NCBI GenBank assembly: GCA_951406725.2
Contig: OX597822.1
Coordinates: 43,420,001 to 43,482,000, forward strand
From: Octopus vulgaris
Taxonomy: Eukaryota
Reading direction: 5' to 3'
DNA length: 62,000 nucleotides
Positions 12,619 to 31,362 of this stretch are shown in pieces. The notes beneath the pieces were generated by a model. The model was not told the origin of the DNA. It searched no databases and worked only from the letters and a program-made list of their open reading frames with translations. The translations under genes and the position numbers were made by a program. Numbering within the stretch: position 1 is the first letter of the stretch; each line of letters opens with the position of its first letter.

Positions 12619-12910
12619 GTGAAGGCGCGTGGCTTAGTTGTTAGAGCATTCGGTTCACGATCGTAAAGCCGTGAGTTCGATTCCCGGGGGTGCATTGTGT
12701 CCTTGGGCAAAACTCTTTATTGCTCCGGTCCACTCAATTGGTAAAATGAGCCTTGTCACATTCTGTGTCACTCTGAATCTCTTTGAGAACGGCGTTAAGG
12801 ATACGCATGTCTGTGGAATACTCAGTCACTTGCAGGTCAATTTCACGAATAGGTTATTCCATTTATCGAATCAACTAGAACCTTCGTCATCGTAACCGAC
12901 CGAGTGCCAC
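12619..12910 (+). mobile_element. tRNA-derived SINE family D
   Basis: Head ggcgcgtggcttagttgttagagc...gagttcgattcccgg; tail shared with 21830-21997 and 26556-26720. Confidence 0.75.
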
Positions 12911-13018
12911 TTAGTTTTGCTATTTGACCGATAAGTGGGGCATTTCACAAGTTATAAAACCCCAGGATAAAAAAGACCCAACGTGAGTGATATCCAAATG
13001 ATTCAACTCCCTAGATGG

Positions 13019-13430
13019 AGGGCGGCGAGCTGGCAGAAACGTTAGCATGCAGGGTGAAATGGTTAGCGGTATTTCATGTCTTACGTTCTGAGTTCAAAGC
13101 CGTGGTCGGCTTTGCCTTTCATCCTTTCGGGGTCGATAAATTAAGTACTAGTTGTACACTGGGGTCGATGTAATCGACTTAATCCCTGTGTCTGTCTTTG
13201 ATTGTCCCCTCTATGCGCAATAAAGAAATAAGAATCGTTAGCACGCAGGGTGAAATGCTTAGCGGTATTTCGTATGTCTTACGTTCTGAGTTCAAATTCC
13301 GCCAAGGTCGACTTTGCCTTTCATCCTTTCAGGGTTGATAAATCAAGTGCCAGTTGCGTACTGTGGTCGATCTAATCGATTTGTTCCCCTTCCCCAAAAT
13401 TTCGGGCCTTGTGCCTAGCGTATAAAAAAC
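13019..13430 (+). mobile_element. Tandem SINE family A pair (tail 1 then tail 2)
   Basis: First copy ends aataaagaaata at 13230; the second starts at AGAATCGTTAG. Confidence 0.85.
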
Positions 13431-13599
13431 TCCCTAGATGGAACCATAACACCGAGTGCAGTTTCATAATTTACCCAGGACAACATTTCAGAAATGCGTT
13501 ATCTAAATGTATACTGAATAAAATTACGTTAAATCAACGTCGTTGATGTTGTTGACTGTATCTTTAAGAATCTGACTCTCCCTTCCTTATATCACTGTA

Positions 13600-19130
<5,531 letters not shown>

Positions 19131-20811
19131 GGTACATACAAAAGTTTGATGTATATTACATTATGATACACAGTCGACTGTATTCTTTAGATATTTGCTA
19201 TATCACATGTCTGGCCTTTCGTTTTCCTAACATATTTAGTTACGCAAAAAACCTCACCAATACTAAAGGGTACCACTACTAAATAACCATAACCATTCCC
19301 CATACCCTGACCGCCCCCGTCTTCTCTAACCGAAATAATTTTTGTGTAAACATTTTCCGAAATCTTTAACGCTTTTCATACCAACCCACCGCAGAGCGCT
19401 TCTCTTTTATATTGTTCATATTTAAATTACAACTTTCCATTATAATTTTATGTAAGAACCTTTAGTTAAGTTGTATCCCAAACTCTAACCTAATATGCCA
19501 ATTAATAATTGAAAATTGTTTCTTGTTTTTTTTGCTATATCCGACAAAATTGTTAATTATTTTCAAAATTAATCGAAACACAGGCAGTTTATTTCATTAG
19601 AAATATGATGATAAAAGAGTTAATTGAAGCAGCACCATCGACTCCTACACCATACTGCATCTTTTTAATGTTATTATAAACGTTCATACATTTGTGAAGT
19701 AGTAATTGTGTGCCAGTAGTAACCAATTCTCTCGCCGCTCATCCGTTTTTTTCACTTACGAGCGAAATACTGAGGACGCCATCTTGCCCATTGCTATACT
19801 ATGCACTGACTGCACTGCACCACTTTATGTTACACTGCACCAGATCGACTGCAGTATATTACATGCCAAATGCTAAGCTACTTTCTGGCCCACGATAGAG
19901 TCTCTACTTGGTCGTACGAAATGTTGAAATGGCAATCAAATCTTCTTTAAATCATACGGTTTTTTTAATAAAAAGCTCGTAGGGCGCTCTGGATTCATAC
20001 CTGAAATATGAAAAATAAAATGAAGGGCAGTCAGAGCTGTTAGGCATTGTACATAGCTGTTTTCGATCCGGCAACTAAACAGCGAAAACATCAACCGTAA
20101 CAACTATACCGGTAAGAAGAACACTAGTAATAACACTAACAACACTAACAACAATAACATCAGCAACACGGCCTGGTGAGAGGAGAGAGGACAAAGCCCT
20201 GCTTTTGAAGGGATTCCAAGATTTACCAGAGGAATAGAAAGCCTTGATATCCTGTATACGTAAAGGAAAACTTGCAACATAATGGACCCTGCTAAAAGCG
20301 CTCTAGAATCATGTGAGGCAATTTATTCGGGGCTAACTGAGTAGATCTTGGTAAAGATGCCCAGGGACTAAGTGAAGGGATAAACTGGGTAACAAAAGGG
20401 TGGATCCTGATGAAAACTAGATGAAAAAACCTGATCTGACCCTTCTAATGGCGCCCACAGCCCAGCTAGACCGGTAATGAAGGGGACGCTTTATAATTAC
20501 TTACCATGGACATACAAACAAGGCTAATCTTGAAAAATACAATGTAAACTGAAAGAAAATTCGCAACTTCAAATAATTAGCTCGTAGTGAATTTTTCTCT
20601 TGTTGCGGGACCCCTTCTTAGGGACATAAGTTCGGCATACGCCTTTACGAAGCTCGCAAACTTTTTAATCTGACCTCAGCGGAATTTTCAGAAGAAATTC
20701 TGCCTGACCTGTTAAAAATTCTATCAGCTCACCGCCTTTATACCAACGTGGCGGAAATTCCCATTTATTATTTTTAGCGATATAGACAGACACCTAAGCT
20801 CACGGAACTTG

Positions 20812-20874
<63 letters not shown>

Positions 20875-20875
<1 letters not shown>

Positions 20876-21028
20876 GTTTCAAATTTTGGCACAAGGCCAG
20901 TAATTTCGGGTAGGGGATCCAAAAGGATGAAAGGCAATGTAGACCTCGGCGGGAATTGAGCTCAAAACATGAAGACGATCGAAATGCCACTAAGCATTTT
21001 GTTCGACGTGCTAACAATTCTGCCGCCT
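20875..21028 (-). mobile_element. SINE family A (tail 2), internally deleted, flanked by (AAT)n
   Basis: ggccttgtgccaaaatttgaaacc(att)n tail on the minus strand. Confidence 0.75.
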
Positions 21029-21054
21029 TGGTAAGAGTAATAATAATAATGATA

Positions 21055-21092
<38 letters not shown>

Positions 21093-21623
21093 AACAACAA
21101 CAACAACAACAGCAACAGCAAAAACAACATCAACAACAACACCAACAATAATAATAATAAAGGTTTACGAACACCCGAAATGAATGATTTGACCAATGTA
21201 TCCATTGGTTCATTAACCAACAATCATATTTATTCATTTTCAAAATATTTAATAATAAATTATATAAAAGATGGTGTGAATAACTCTGCATTTCATGACG
21301 GCCAGAAACATAGGTTGAAGTTCATTTCCGTTGTAATGAATTTTACCGTAAACATTTTTTGCTGACAGAAAATTTGCCATAAGAGATTTCATCATGTATT
21401 TTTAATGCTTGGCGTTGAATAAAGACTTGCTCATTTAACGCATTAATAAAACTATTTATCATTCTTTTGTGTTTAAAGAAATACCGGTATACATCGCTTT
21501 ATCGTTGTGCATAGGAAGAATTTGTCTTTTGGCTAGTTTTCTTATATGGCGAAATTTCCTACTGGGAATTTTCCGGACTAGAGTAATTCCTGTTTATGAA
21601 TTGAGTTTATATTCTTTTATTAT

Positions 21624-21997
21624 GGAGGCGCAATGGCCCAGTGGTTAGGGCAGCGGACACGCGGTCACAGGTTCGCGGTTTCGATTCCCAGACCGGGCGT
21701 TGTGAGTGTTTATTGAGCGAAAACATCTAAAAAGCTTCACGAGGCTCCGGCAGGGGATGGTGGTGATCCCTGCTGTACTCTTTCTCTCACTCTTACTTCC
21801 TGTTTCTGTTGTACCTGTATTTCAAGGGACCGGCCTTGTCACTCTCTGTGTCACGCTGAATATCCCCGAGAACTACGTTAAGGGTGCACGTGTCTGTGGA
21901 GTGCTCAGCCACTTACACGTTAATTTCACGAGCAGGCTGTTCCGTTGATTCGGATCAACCGGAACCCTCATCGTCGTAACCGACGGAGTGCTTCCAC
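21624..21997 (+). mobile_element. tRNA-derived SINE family C (tail type 1)
   Basis: Head ggaggcgcaatggcccagtggttagggcagcgg, B-box-like ggtttcgattccc. Confidence 0.85.
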
Positions 21998-22273
21998 ATT
22001 CTTTTATTAATTTCGAAGTCGATAGAGTGTTAGATAGATTGTTGTACGTATTCGAGCTGTTTAATTCTGCAGTTGAAATCTCTTCGTTCTATACTTTCGG
22101 AGCCGATAAATAAAGAACCAGTTTTGGTGTGGTTGACTAATGCGATTCTTAGAGAGTCGACAGCGATGTCGTGCATTATCTGTTCTGTTCTTTACATCAT
22201 GTGTTCAAATATTAACCTCCTATCATCATATTCTTCGTTGTAAGTAACAACTTGCTAACTATGATGCGTCTCT

Positions 22274-22750
22274 GGCGAGCTGGCAGAAACGTTAGCACGC
22301 CGGGCGGCGTATTTCGTCTGCCGTTACGCCCTGAGTTAAAATTCCGCCGAGGTCGACTATGCCTTTCATCCTTTCGGGGTCGATTAAAGAAGTACAAGTT
22401 ACGCACTGGGGTCGATATAATCGACTTAGTCCGTTTGTCTGTCCTTGTTTGTCCTCTCTGTGTTTAGCCCCTTGTGGGTAGTAAAGAAATAGGTATTTCG
22501 TCTGCCGTTATGTTCTGAGTTCAAATTCCGCCGGGGTCGACTTTGCCTTTCATCCTTTCTGGGTCGATTAAATAAAGTACCAGTTATACACTGGGTCGAT
22601 ATAATCGACTTAATCTGTTTGTCTGTCCTTGTCTGTCCCCTCTGTGTTTAGCCCCTTCTGAGCAGTAAAGAAATAAGAAACGTTAGTATGCCGGGCGAAA
22701 TGCTTACCGGTATTTTGTCTGCCGTTACTTTCTGAATTCAAATTCCGTCT
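22274..22750 (+). mobile_element. Tandem trimer of SINE family A
   Basis: Junctions at 22491/22492 (GGTATTTCG) and 22675/22676 (AGAAACGTTAG). Confidence 0.85.
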
Positions 22751-22989
22751 AGTGCAGAACATCGATTGCAAGAACATCTCTGAGATATCAATATCAAAAT
22801 GTAGCAGAATCTGCACTTAAAAAGAAGCTGGATAAACGCTAGGAGTGAAAAACAAACAAATCATTGTATTCAGCTATTGGACATTGGCCAAAGTGAGGCA
22901 CGGCCAAAAGTACTTTTGAATCAAGTCTATCGAATCTGACACTTTCTGTGGCACATAGTTTATCGCTTTACAATATTCTGGTGTTTTTC

Positions 22990-23395
22990 AAGGCAGCGAC
23001 CTGGCAGAATCGTTAGCACGACGGGCGAAGTGCTTAGCGGTATGTCGTCTGCCGTTACGTTCTGAGTTCAAATTCCGCCGAGGTCGACTTTGTCTTTCAT
23101 CCTTTCGGGGGTCGCTAAATTAGTACCAATTACGCGCTGGGGTCGATGTAATCGACTTAATCCCTTTACCTGTCCTTGTTTGTCCTCTCTATGTTTAGCC
23201 CCTTGTAGGCAATAAAGAAATAAGAATCATTAGCACGCCGAGAGAAATGCTGAGTGGAATTTCGTCTGTCTTTACGTTCTGAGTTCAAATTCCGCCGAGG
23301 CTGACTTTGCCTTTCATTTTTCGGGGTCGGTAAATTAGTACCAGGTCCATAATCGACTGTCCCTCTCCCGCAAAATTCCGTGCCTTGTGCCTAGA
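22990..23395 (+). mobile_element. Tandem pair of SINE family A
   Basis: Junction at 23222/23223 (AGAATCATTAG). Confidence 0.85.
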
Positions 23396-23452
23396 GAATA
23401 TTCTGGTGTGTTGGTGGTCTTCTTGTTTTTGTTCTTGCTACTGTTACTGCGT

Positions 23453-23750
23453 GGAGGCACATGGCCTAGTGGTTAGAGCAGCGGACTCGCGGTCGAGGGA
23501 TCGCGGGTTCGAGTCGAGGACGGGGTGATGTGTGTATTTATGAGCGAAACACCGAAGCTCCACGCGGCTCCGGCAGAAGGTAATGGCGAAATTCTACTGA
23601 CTCTTTCGCCACAACTTTCTCTCACTCTTTCCTCCTGCATCTTGCAGCTCACCTGTGACGGATTGGCGTTCCGTCCAGGTGGAGAAGCTATACGCTAAGG
23701 AAACCGGGAAACCGGCCCTGATGAGCCAGGAATGGCTCGAGAAGAAACAA
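23453..23750 (+). mobile_element. SINE family C (tail type 2)
   Basis: Same head as 21624 but ends gaaaccgggaaaccggccctgatgagccaggaatggctcgagaagaaacaa. Confidence 0.75.
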
Positions 23751-24156
23751 GCAACAGCTGTTACTGCTGCCATTTTTGTTGTGGCTGTTGCTTTATTATT
23801 TATTGTTGTTGCTGTTGTGCAAAACACTTAATTTCATGTTACTCCAGTCCATGCAGTTGCGAAGGAAGAAATACCCACACGCGCAGACTTTCTGGCGTCC
23901 CGTCCAGGCTGGACATCGCGATCTCGATCGCTTATACATCACGGAAACCAGGTAACGGTGGTTATGAGTCATTGGACTCGAAACGGTTACATCCAGCGGT
24001 TGATGATGATGATGATTTGGATGATAGAGGTGTTGCTGTTGCTGTCCTTGTTCTTTGTTCAAATCACACCACTTTCCCCTTTACCGTCCATGAATTAAAC
24101 GTGATCTATCAAATAATACACCAGTAATAACCTGCGGTCAATTTAATCACGTCACA

Positions 24157-24372
24157 AAGCGGTGATCTGACAGATTCATTATCGCGTCGGACAAAATGCG
24201 TAGTGACATTTCGTCAGGACTTTACCTTTTGAGTTTAAATGCTGCCGAGGTCGACTTTGTCTTTCACCCGCTCGGGGTTTGATAAAATAAGTACCAGTTG
24301 AATACTGAGGTCGATGTAATCGACTTACCCCACCTCTAAAAACCGCTGGCCCTGTGCCAAAATTTGAAACCA
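24157..24372 (+). mobile_element. Diverged SINE family A (tail 2)
   Basis: Core gccgaggtcgactttgtctttca...gataaaataagtaccagt; tail gtgccaaaatttgaaacc. Confidence 0.7.
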
Positions 24373-25159
24373 GTTTAGACTAGTCATTCTCAATATTTCC
24401 AACCGCAGACCCCTAGTAATCCAATGGAATCACCTACGGCTCCCCAGGTTTTTGAATGGTATCCCTACTCAGTAAACCGATTATATCAATTAACAACAAA
24501 CTCGTTTTCTCAGTTTCATCAATCAATTAGAAAAAAGAAGCTGATTGAATAATTAATTGTATGCAGCTGAGTAATTATATATTTGGCATTGCGTTTTGTT
24601 TTCTTTTTTTCATAAACTTCGAACACAGCTCACTGGCATCTTGTACAAGTTGCGGGGATCCGCAAGGGGTCTACAGGACCCCCCGGTTAGGAACCATTTA
24701 TTAGCCAAATGTGTTCCCTGCGTAAAGGCATAGACATTTGTTACAATAAACAACAACAAAATCAACAAGCACTTAAAAAAAAACCTGATAAAATACCGAA
24801 TTATCATTTATGCAGCTTTTACGTTTCTTGCAGCTATCACTACTGTTGTTATTGTTTTTGTTGTTGTTGTTATTGACGTTGTTGTTGTCTTCTTCTTCCA
24901 ATCAGGACTCACGCTATTAGCCACAAAGAATAATCTCTAATTCGAGCCTACTCTAAGCTACTAAGAATGCGTGTGGTAACTTGAAGGTCCATCCACCACA
25001 CGCGATAGACTGACAGTTGCACGGGCGCGAAAGCTACGTTGTTATCCTCATTCCGTAAACGGGGTAACAAAGGATTACAAAGGATTCACAATCTAAACTA
25101 GGGTCTGAAAGTTTGCCACACCATAGTGGGTTACACCATGGTTCCTCTGCTTAGTGTCA

Positions 25160-25352
25160 GAAGTAGGAAGAAAGAGTGAGAGAAAGTTGTGGGAAAAGAG
25201 TACATCGGGGTTCACCCACTACTCCCCGTCGGATCCTCGTGGAGCTTAGATGTTTTTGCTCAATAAACACTCACAATGCCCGGTCTGGTAATCGAAATCG
25301 CGTTCTTACGACCGCGAATCCACTGCCCTAACTCCTGGTCCATTGCGTCTCC
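25160..25352 (-). mobile_element. SINE family C (5' part)
   Basis: Reverse complement of the family C head and body. Confidence 0.75.
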
Positions 25353-25689
25353 ACCGTTGTTGTTGGTCGTGGTTTCATAGTTATCGCTGGTGTTGTTTAC
25401 AGACGGAGATTAACCTCCCTGGTTGTTTCTGTAGGATTTGAGATCTGATAATACTGTTGTTTATTAGTGTGACTGAATGACATGTGATCATTGACGTCAT
25501 CATTGCCACTCTTGTTGTTGTCGTTATCGTTGCATTTGTTGTTATTATCTCAATATGTGTGCGGGTAGACATTGTGTATTCGCGTATAAATCTAATGCAA
25601 ATGTATCATTAACTGATTTTAACGATAATTAACCCAGTCATTCGATTAATTGATCGAACTATTTACTGGATTATACACCCAGGTGGATG

Positions 25690-26200
25690 GGTAAACTTAG
25701 ATAAACTTAGATATGTTTCGACCAAAGATTGGTCCAGGCCATGTCTAACTTAATAGCACCACCTGATAGGATTATTTGAATCCTGTTTAAGTCAAGTTTT
25801 GTTTATGGTCCATTCAAGTAGTGAGTTTTTGTTGGGTAAGTTGTATCCAATTATGGGTGGCTTATCTGGTATTCCTTGAAGGAATCTATCCAGACTCCAT
25901 TTAAAGTTGATGGGATCCTTTTCCTCTTTGATCTCTTTCGGGACAATATTAAATAGGGCAGGGCCTATTGAGGAAAATAAATTATGTTGCAGTGTACATG
26001 TATGCTGTGATCTTGAATTGGGCAGGGGACGTATGGCCCGTGGTCCCAGTCTTGAATGAAACTTGAAGCTAATGTTCAGGTCGTTTGGGCAAAGTTGGCG
26101 GTATATTCTCCACATCGTACAAATGATGTACCGCTCACGGCGACGCTGGAGAGAGTAGAGTTTCAACTTTTCCACGGATTCCAACATTTGCCAATTTCCG
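25690..26200 (-). mobile_element. CR1-clade LINE 3' fragment (second subfamily)
   Basis: ORF 25792-26187: KLKLYSLQRRRERY...IGPALFNIVPKEIK...LDRFLQGIPDKP; homologous to but distinct from 8346-8909. Confidence 0.85.
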
Positions 26201-26204
26201 CAGA

Positions 26205-26424
26205 TATTCTTTTTTCTTTTATTCTTTTATTTGTTTCAGTCATTTTGTCTGCGGTAATGCTGGAGCACCGCCTTTAGTAGAAACGGATCGTCCCCAGGAC
26301 TTATTCTTTGTAAATTTAGTACTTATTCTATCGGGGTCTTTTGCCGAACCGCTAAGTCAAGGGCACGTAAACACACCAACATCGGTTGTCAAGCGATGTT
26401 GAGGGACAAACAGACACACAAACA

Positions 26425-26473
<49 letters not shown>

Positions 26474-26554
26474 TTACGACGGGCTTCTTTCAGTTTCCGT
26501 CTACCAAATTCACTCACAAGGTTTTGGTCGACTCGAGGCTATAGTAGATAACAC
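26205..26554 (-). mobile_element. SINE family B body and tail with internal (TA)/(TG) microsatellite
   Basis: Body as at 8964, then tail ending ggcggtgctccagcattaccgcag...actgaaacaaataaaaga. Confidence 0.8.
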
Positions 26555-26555
26555 T

Positions 26556-26858
26556 GGTACTCCGCTTACGAGAATGATGGGTTCCAGTTGATCCCATCAA
26601 CGGAACAGCCTGCTCGTGAAATTCACTTGGTAGAGCACTCCACAGACACGTGTACCGTTGATTTTTTTCTCATGGAGATTCAGCGTGACACAGAATGTGA
26701 CAAGGCTGGCCCTTTGAAATATAGGCACTAATAATTTTTTTCCAGCTGAGTGGACTGAAGCAAAATGAAATAAAGTATCTTGCTCAAGGACACAACGCGT
26801 CGCCGGGATTTGAACTCACAACCTTATGATCGTTGGCTGAATATCCTAACCATTAAGC
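26556..26858 (-). mobile_element. SINE family D, replacing or interrupting the head of the family B copy
   Basis: Homologous to 12619-12910. Confidence 0.75.
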
Positions 26859-27337
26859 CACGCACCTCTTCACACATATATGTTCCCTTCAAGTAAACAT
26901 CCTGCAAACTCAGTGTACGTAGGACAAGGATGGACTTGTGCATTCCATCTGACGGGGTTCCACGCGGTTTATGGCAAAGCAATTTGACCCGCAAGGCTGG
27001 TATCAACCTGAAGCAATTGGAGACGACACTTGCCCAAGATACTAAAGTTCTGGATTAGAAAGTGGACTTGTGAACCCCTTGGTTATATCTGTGTTTTCAT
27101 AAACACGTACTCGGATATACAAAGTGGGAAGAAACGATTGGGCGCAGCTGTTTGGGCGTAGATGTCTGGATGCTGGCGCTTTGGCGCTGCTGACTGTACA
27201 TTCAGCGTGTTTTGGAGACGGTACTTTTTGACGTACGCACATACGTAGACACAAACACCCACACACATCATATATACATACACACACGCACATAACCATA
27301 CATACACCGATAGAACGAGTAAGGCAAAGATAGATAG

Positions 27338-27412
<75 letters not shown>

Positions 27413-27916
27413 ATTTATTCATTGAACACGATTGACATAAACACATTCCCTTTTCTCGTACATGCAATGAGAAATATACTTACAAACGCAAACGGAGTAT
27501 GAGAGGGAGAGAGAGAAAAAGCAAGAAAGAAAGAGAGTGAGAGAGACTGACAGAGAAGGGCGGGAGGGAGGGAACGAGAGAAATCGTTAAACGAAAGAAA
27601 CATTAAAACTTCTATTGTCAAAAATGTCAGCGCCGACTCAGCGAAGCCAAAAGGGCAGCACCAAAACGGCTGAGCTGAAACTTCTCTTATCCCATATAAA
27701 TATACTTACAAACCTACACACTCATACACACACACACACATACACACACACACACATACACACACAAACACACATGCATACATATGCAGCCACACACATT
27801 AGTCATTTTAAAACAAATATCTTCACCCATCGCGAAGGAATGGGGCACGTAATATAATAAAATGCTTCAAATCCTTACATTATAAAAGCTAAAATAACTC
27901 TTACAGGTTTATAGGC

Positions 27917-28074
27917 TAACCAATCATTTGAATATTGGTCATAGAACATGGAATGCCAACCAATCATTTGAATATTGGTCATAGAACATGGAATGCTAAA
28001 CAATTATTTGAATATTGGTCATAGAACATGGAATGCTAAACAATTATTTGAATATTGGTCATAGAACATGGAAT
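27917..28074. repeat. 40-bp minisatellite, 4 copies
   Basis: (t/c)aa(c/a)caat(c/t)atttgaatattggtcatagaacatggaatgc x4. Confidence 0.95.
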
Positions 28075-29704
28075 ATCGCTTAAACTATTGTTACCATAAA
28101 CGAGAAGGAAATAAACATTATGACGCTGATTCGTCAAGAATTCTGCAACACCACAACTTTAACAATCTCTTTTGATGTCAGTATGGGTATTCACAACTTC
28201 TTGGAGATCAGTGAGTTATTTGGATCATAACTACTGTCAATTAGAAAAGAAGTTCCCTGTATAGTGGAAGGTACAATTTATTGAATGCCAGCCTTCTTAT
28301 TATAAACAACCTTAAACCTCGATAAATGGACAGAAAGAAATAAAAAATGCACGTTTTAAAAATTTAGTTTCAAAATAATTGCAGTTAATTTCTTAAAGAA
28401 ACATTAAACTTAAACAGTTCTTGATATTTTACACTAAATGCGCAAAAACAAATGAAACATGCAATTATATTCACTGATTATCCCCTCTCCAATTCTTATC
28501 ACGAAAATAGTAAAAATACAATGCTTAGAATTATTGGATTACTTGGGGTCAGTGGTTGAAAATCTTGAGAATGACTGGATTAAATTGACCACAAGTTATA
28601 ACTGGTAAGTTGTTTGATAGATCATGTTAAATGTTGAACGGTACTGGGGACTACAGTGAGACTTGGACAACAAGAACAGCAACAGCAACAACAATGTCAA
28701 CCTCATCGTCAACCGCTGGACATAACTGTGTCGTGTCCATGAACTCATAGACCCGGTTACCTGTCTTCCATGACCTATAAGTGACCGAGATCATAATGCA
28801 CCGCCTGGACCGGACGTGAGTGGGTCACAAGGTAACTCATTTAGAGCAGCGGGATATGAAGTGTTTTGCACAATAACTACAGAAGCAGCACACTGCTTGT
28901 AAACACTCTCTATAAGCAGTGTATTTATCTCCGGCCATGATAAAAATCTTTAAAAATGTCGTTACTTATTACAGCAAAGCTGTGGCGGATGATGGATTCA
29001 AGGCAATCATAAAATACACAAACGAAATAGCTAAACTCACATCCAACAATAAAGCAGTCTATTACTTGATATAACTATCTCTGTTGAAGTGCCAATAACC
29101 AATTAATACTTTATATTAATGAAACAACATCTCCACCCACTCCATAAATACCATAAAATATTCAATACAGAGACTTATTCCCCTATTCTTCTCTACTCTG
29201 TTCAAACTCAATAATTTATCAAAGCTGGCAAGGGCAACATCAACTGTGTGTTTAGTCACTGGAGTCTAACAGTCTTGGTAAGGATATTAAATTACCAATG
29301 CGCAAGAAAATCTCCCAATGCGTCTAAACAAATATAGGGCTTACATAAAATTCATTCAAACGGGGTTATAGCAACACAAGAATATATTTCGAAACAAAAA
29401 AAGATGGTACCTCACTTTATTCATCCGTTTTGAATCAGAAAAGCAATAATGAAGAATGCTTTTAAATGATATATAATCTTGCGCGTTTCGCCATATTGGC
29501 GAAATGATAACAACAGCATGGCCGTAGCCTCATGGCTGAAACATATAATAGAATAACAGAACAAAAGAATAAAAAACAAGCGTAATTTATGTTTTTTAGA
29601 AACCTGCGAGGCTTTATAAATAGACTCTGAGAGAGAAGCTTTTTCATGCAGGCATATAATTTTCAAAGATTTTCTGATATATTAAGCTTATAGTATATTC
29701 ATAA

Positions 29705-29920
29705 GGCGGTGAGCTGGTAGAATCGTTAGCACGCCGGACGAAATGCATAGCGGTATTTCGTCTGTCGCTACGTTGTGAGTTCAAATTCCGCCGAGATCGA
29801 TTTTCCTTTCATCCTTTCGGAGTCGATAAAATAAGTACCAGTTAGACATTGGGGTAGATGTAGTCGACTTAATCCCCCCCCCTCTAAATTTCAGGCCTTG
29901 TGCGTACAATAGAAGAGATT
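29705..29920 (+). mobile_element. SINE family A (tail 2)
   Basis: Full head, core and tail. Confidence 0.85.
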
Positions 29921-30789
29921 TATAGTCTATTCAAATACGTTTCATAACCTAACATTTTGCCTTTCTTTTGCATTTTGGGAAATAACTGCGTTACAAGAAA
30001 GAAAGTATTTCGTTCACATCGACCTAAACAAAGTCCATTTGCATTAAACTTTCCAAGGAAATATTTTTCTAATATCTTATTTAACAGATTTTTCATACAT
30101 TCATACATGCATCCTTTCCCATGAAAAAACATTTTTATATCACGTCCTACATGTCACACATAAAGAAATATGAGATTTAGTTTAAATGTGTATGTGTGTG
30201 TGTGTGTGTATGTGTGAGAGAGAGAGAAACAACTACCGACTCCCGACATTTTAAGGTCTTGCAAACTTTTTGTTCCATACATTCTGATAATCCGTAGTGC
30301 ATAATAATGAGGACAAGTTTTTGTCTAAAAATGTCAGCCATATTTCGATCCAGAAGTGTTCGTACATTTCCCGTTGCTCTTGTATAAAAAATGAAAGTGT
30401 ATTTTTATAAACTCAGTCACTGATCTCCAAGTGAATGTATAAATGAATGAACGTATGTATGCATTCATGCATGTACCAGTGCATGTATAAGTACGTATAT
30501 ATACGTGGCACTCCGTCGGTTATGACGACGAGCGTTCCAATTGATCTGACCCACGGAACAGCCTGCTCGTGAAATTAGCGCACAAGTGGCTGAGCACTCC
30601 ACATATATTTATATGTATTTTTTTGTAGTTTCAGCTGGGGCTATGCTGGAGTACCACCGTCTGGGACTCTCGACAGGAAGAGGTTTAAAAACGCCTACAT
30701 TCATGTTTGTTCTTTTTCTCTTTTAAATTTAGCGGTGATTCCGGTTACCAAAATTTTAGCCCAAGGTACCACGGAAGAAGACAGTTCCT

Positions 30790-30947
30790 TCACATCGATC
30801 CCAGTGCTCAACTGGTATTTATTTAATCGACGCCGAAGGGATGAGAGGCAAAGTTGACCTCGATGGAATTCGAACTCAAAAGAAGGCGGTCGAAATACCG
30901 GTTAGCATTTTACCCGGTGTGCTAACGCTTCTGCCAGTTGGCCGCCT
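30790..30947 (-). mobile_element. Diverged SINE family A
   Basis: Reverse complement of head and core. Confidence 0.7.
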
Positions 30948-31362
30948 TACATCTAGCAACCACATTGACCGGCCAACTGCTTGGTAGCGAGTCTGTGATG
31001 AAAGCAATTTACTTTGTTCATTTTAAGTAGTTCTTGTAGATATTTGTGTCAGAGATATCGTAATCGATGGTCGCATATGAATTAAGGATTTACATTCTCT
31101 CCCCATATTTGTATGAATGGCTAATTGGTCGTATGTAAGCGTGCATGCATATACAGATTCATAACTGCATGGCTGGGTTTATATACATGTTAAGTGTGTG
31201 TGTTTGTATGTGTGGTAGTGTTACTAACGTTCCTACACATATTATTTAATGTCCTTATTAATTATATATATTTGAGGGTATACAAATATAAACATATGTA
31301 TATAATTATATATATAGTGCATCATACACATGGGTATACATATATATATATATATATATATA

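Noticed and set aside
21624-21700. tRNA genes at SINE heads (also 8964, 12619, 23453, 40372)
   Set aside because: A/B-box-like motifs continue into SINE bodies and no complete cloverleaf is evident; treated as SINE heads.
23718-23748. CTGATGAGCC...GGCTCGAG as a hammerhead
   Set aside because: No GAAA directly after stem II; it is a SINE tail hairpin.
27917-28074. 40-bp direct repeats as CRISPR
   Set aside because: Contiguous tandem copies with no spacers.
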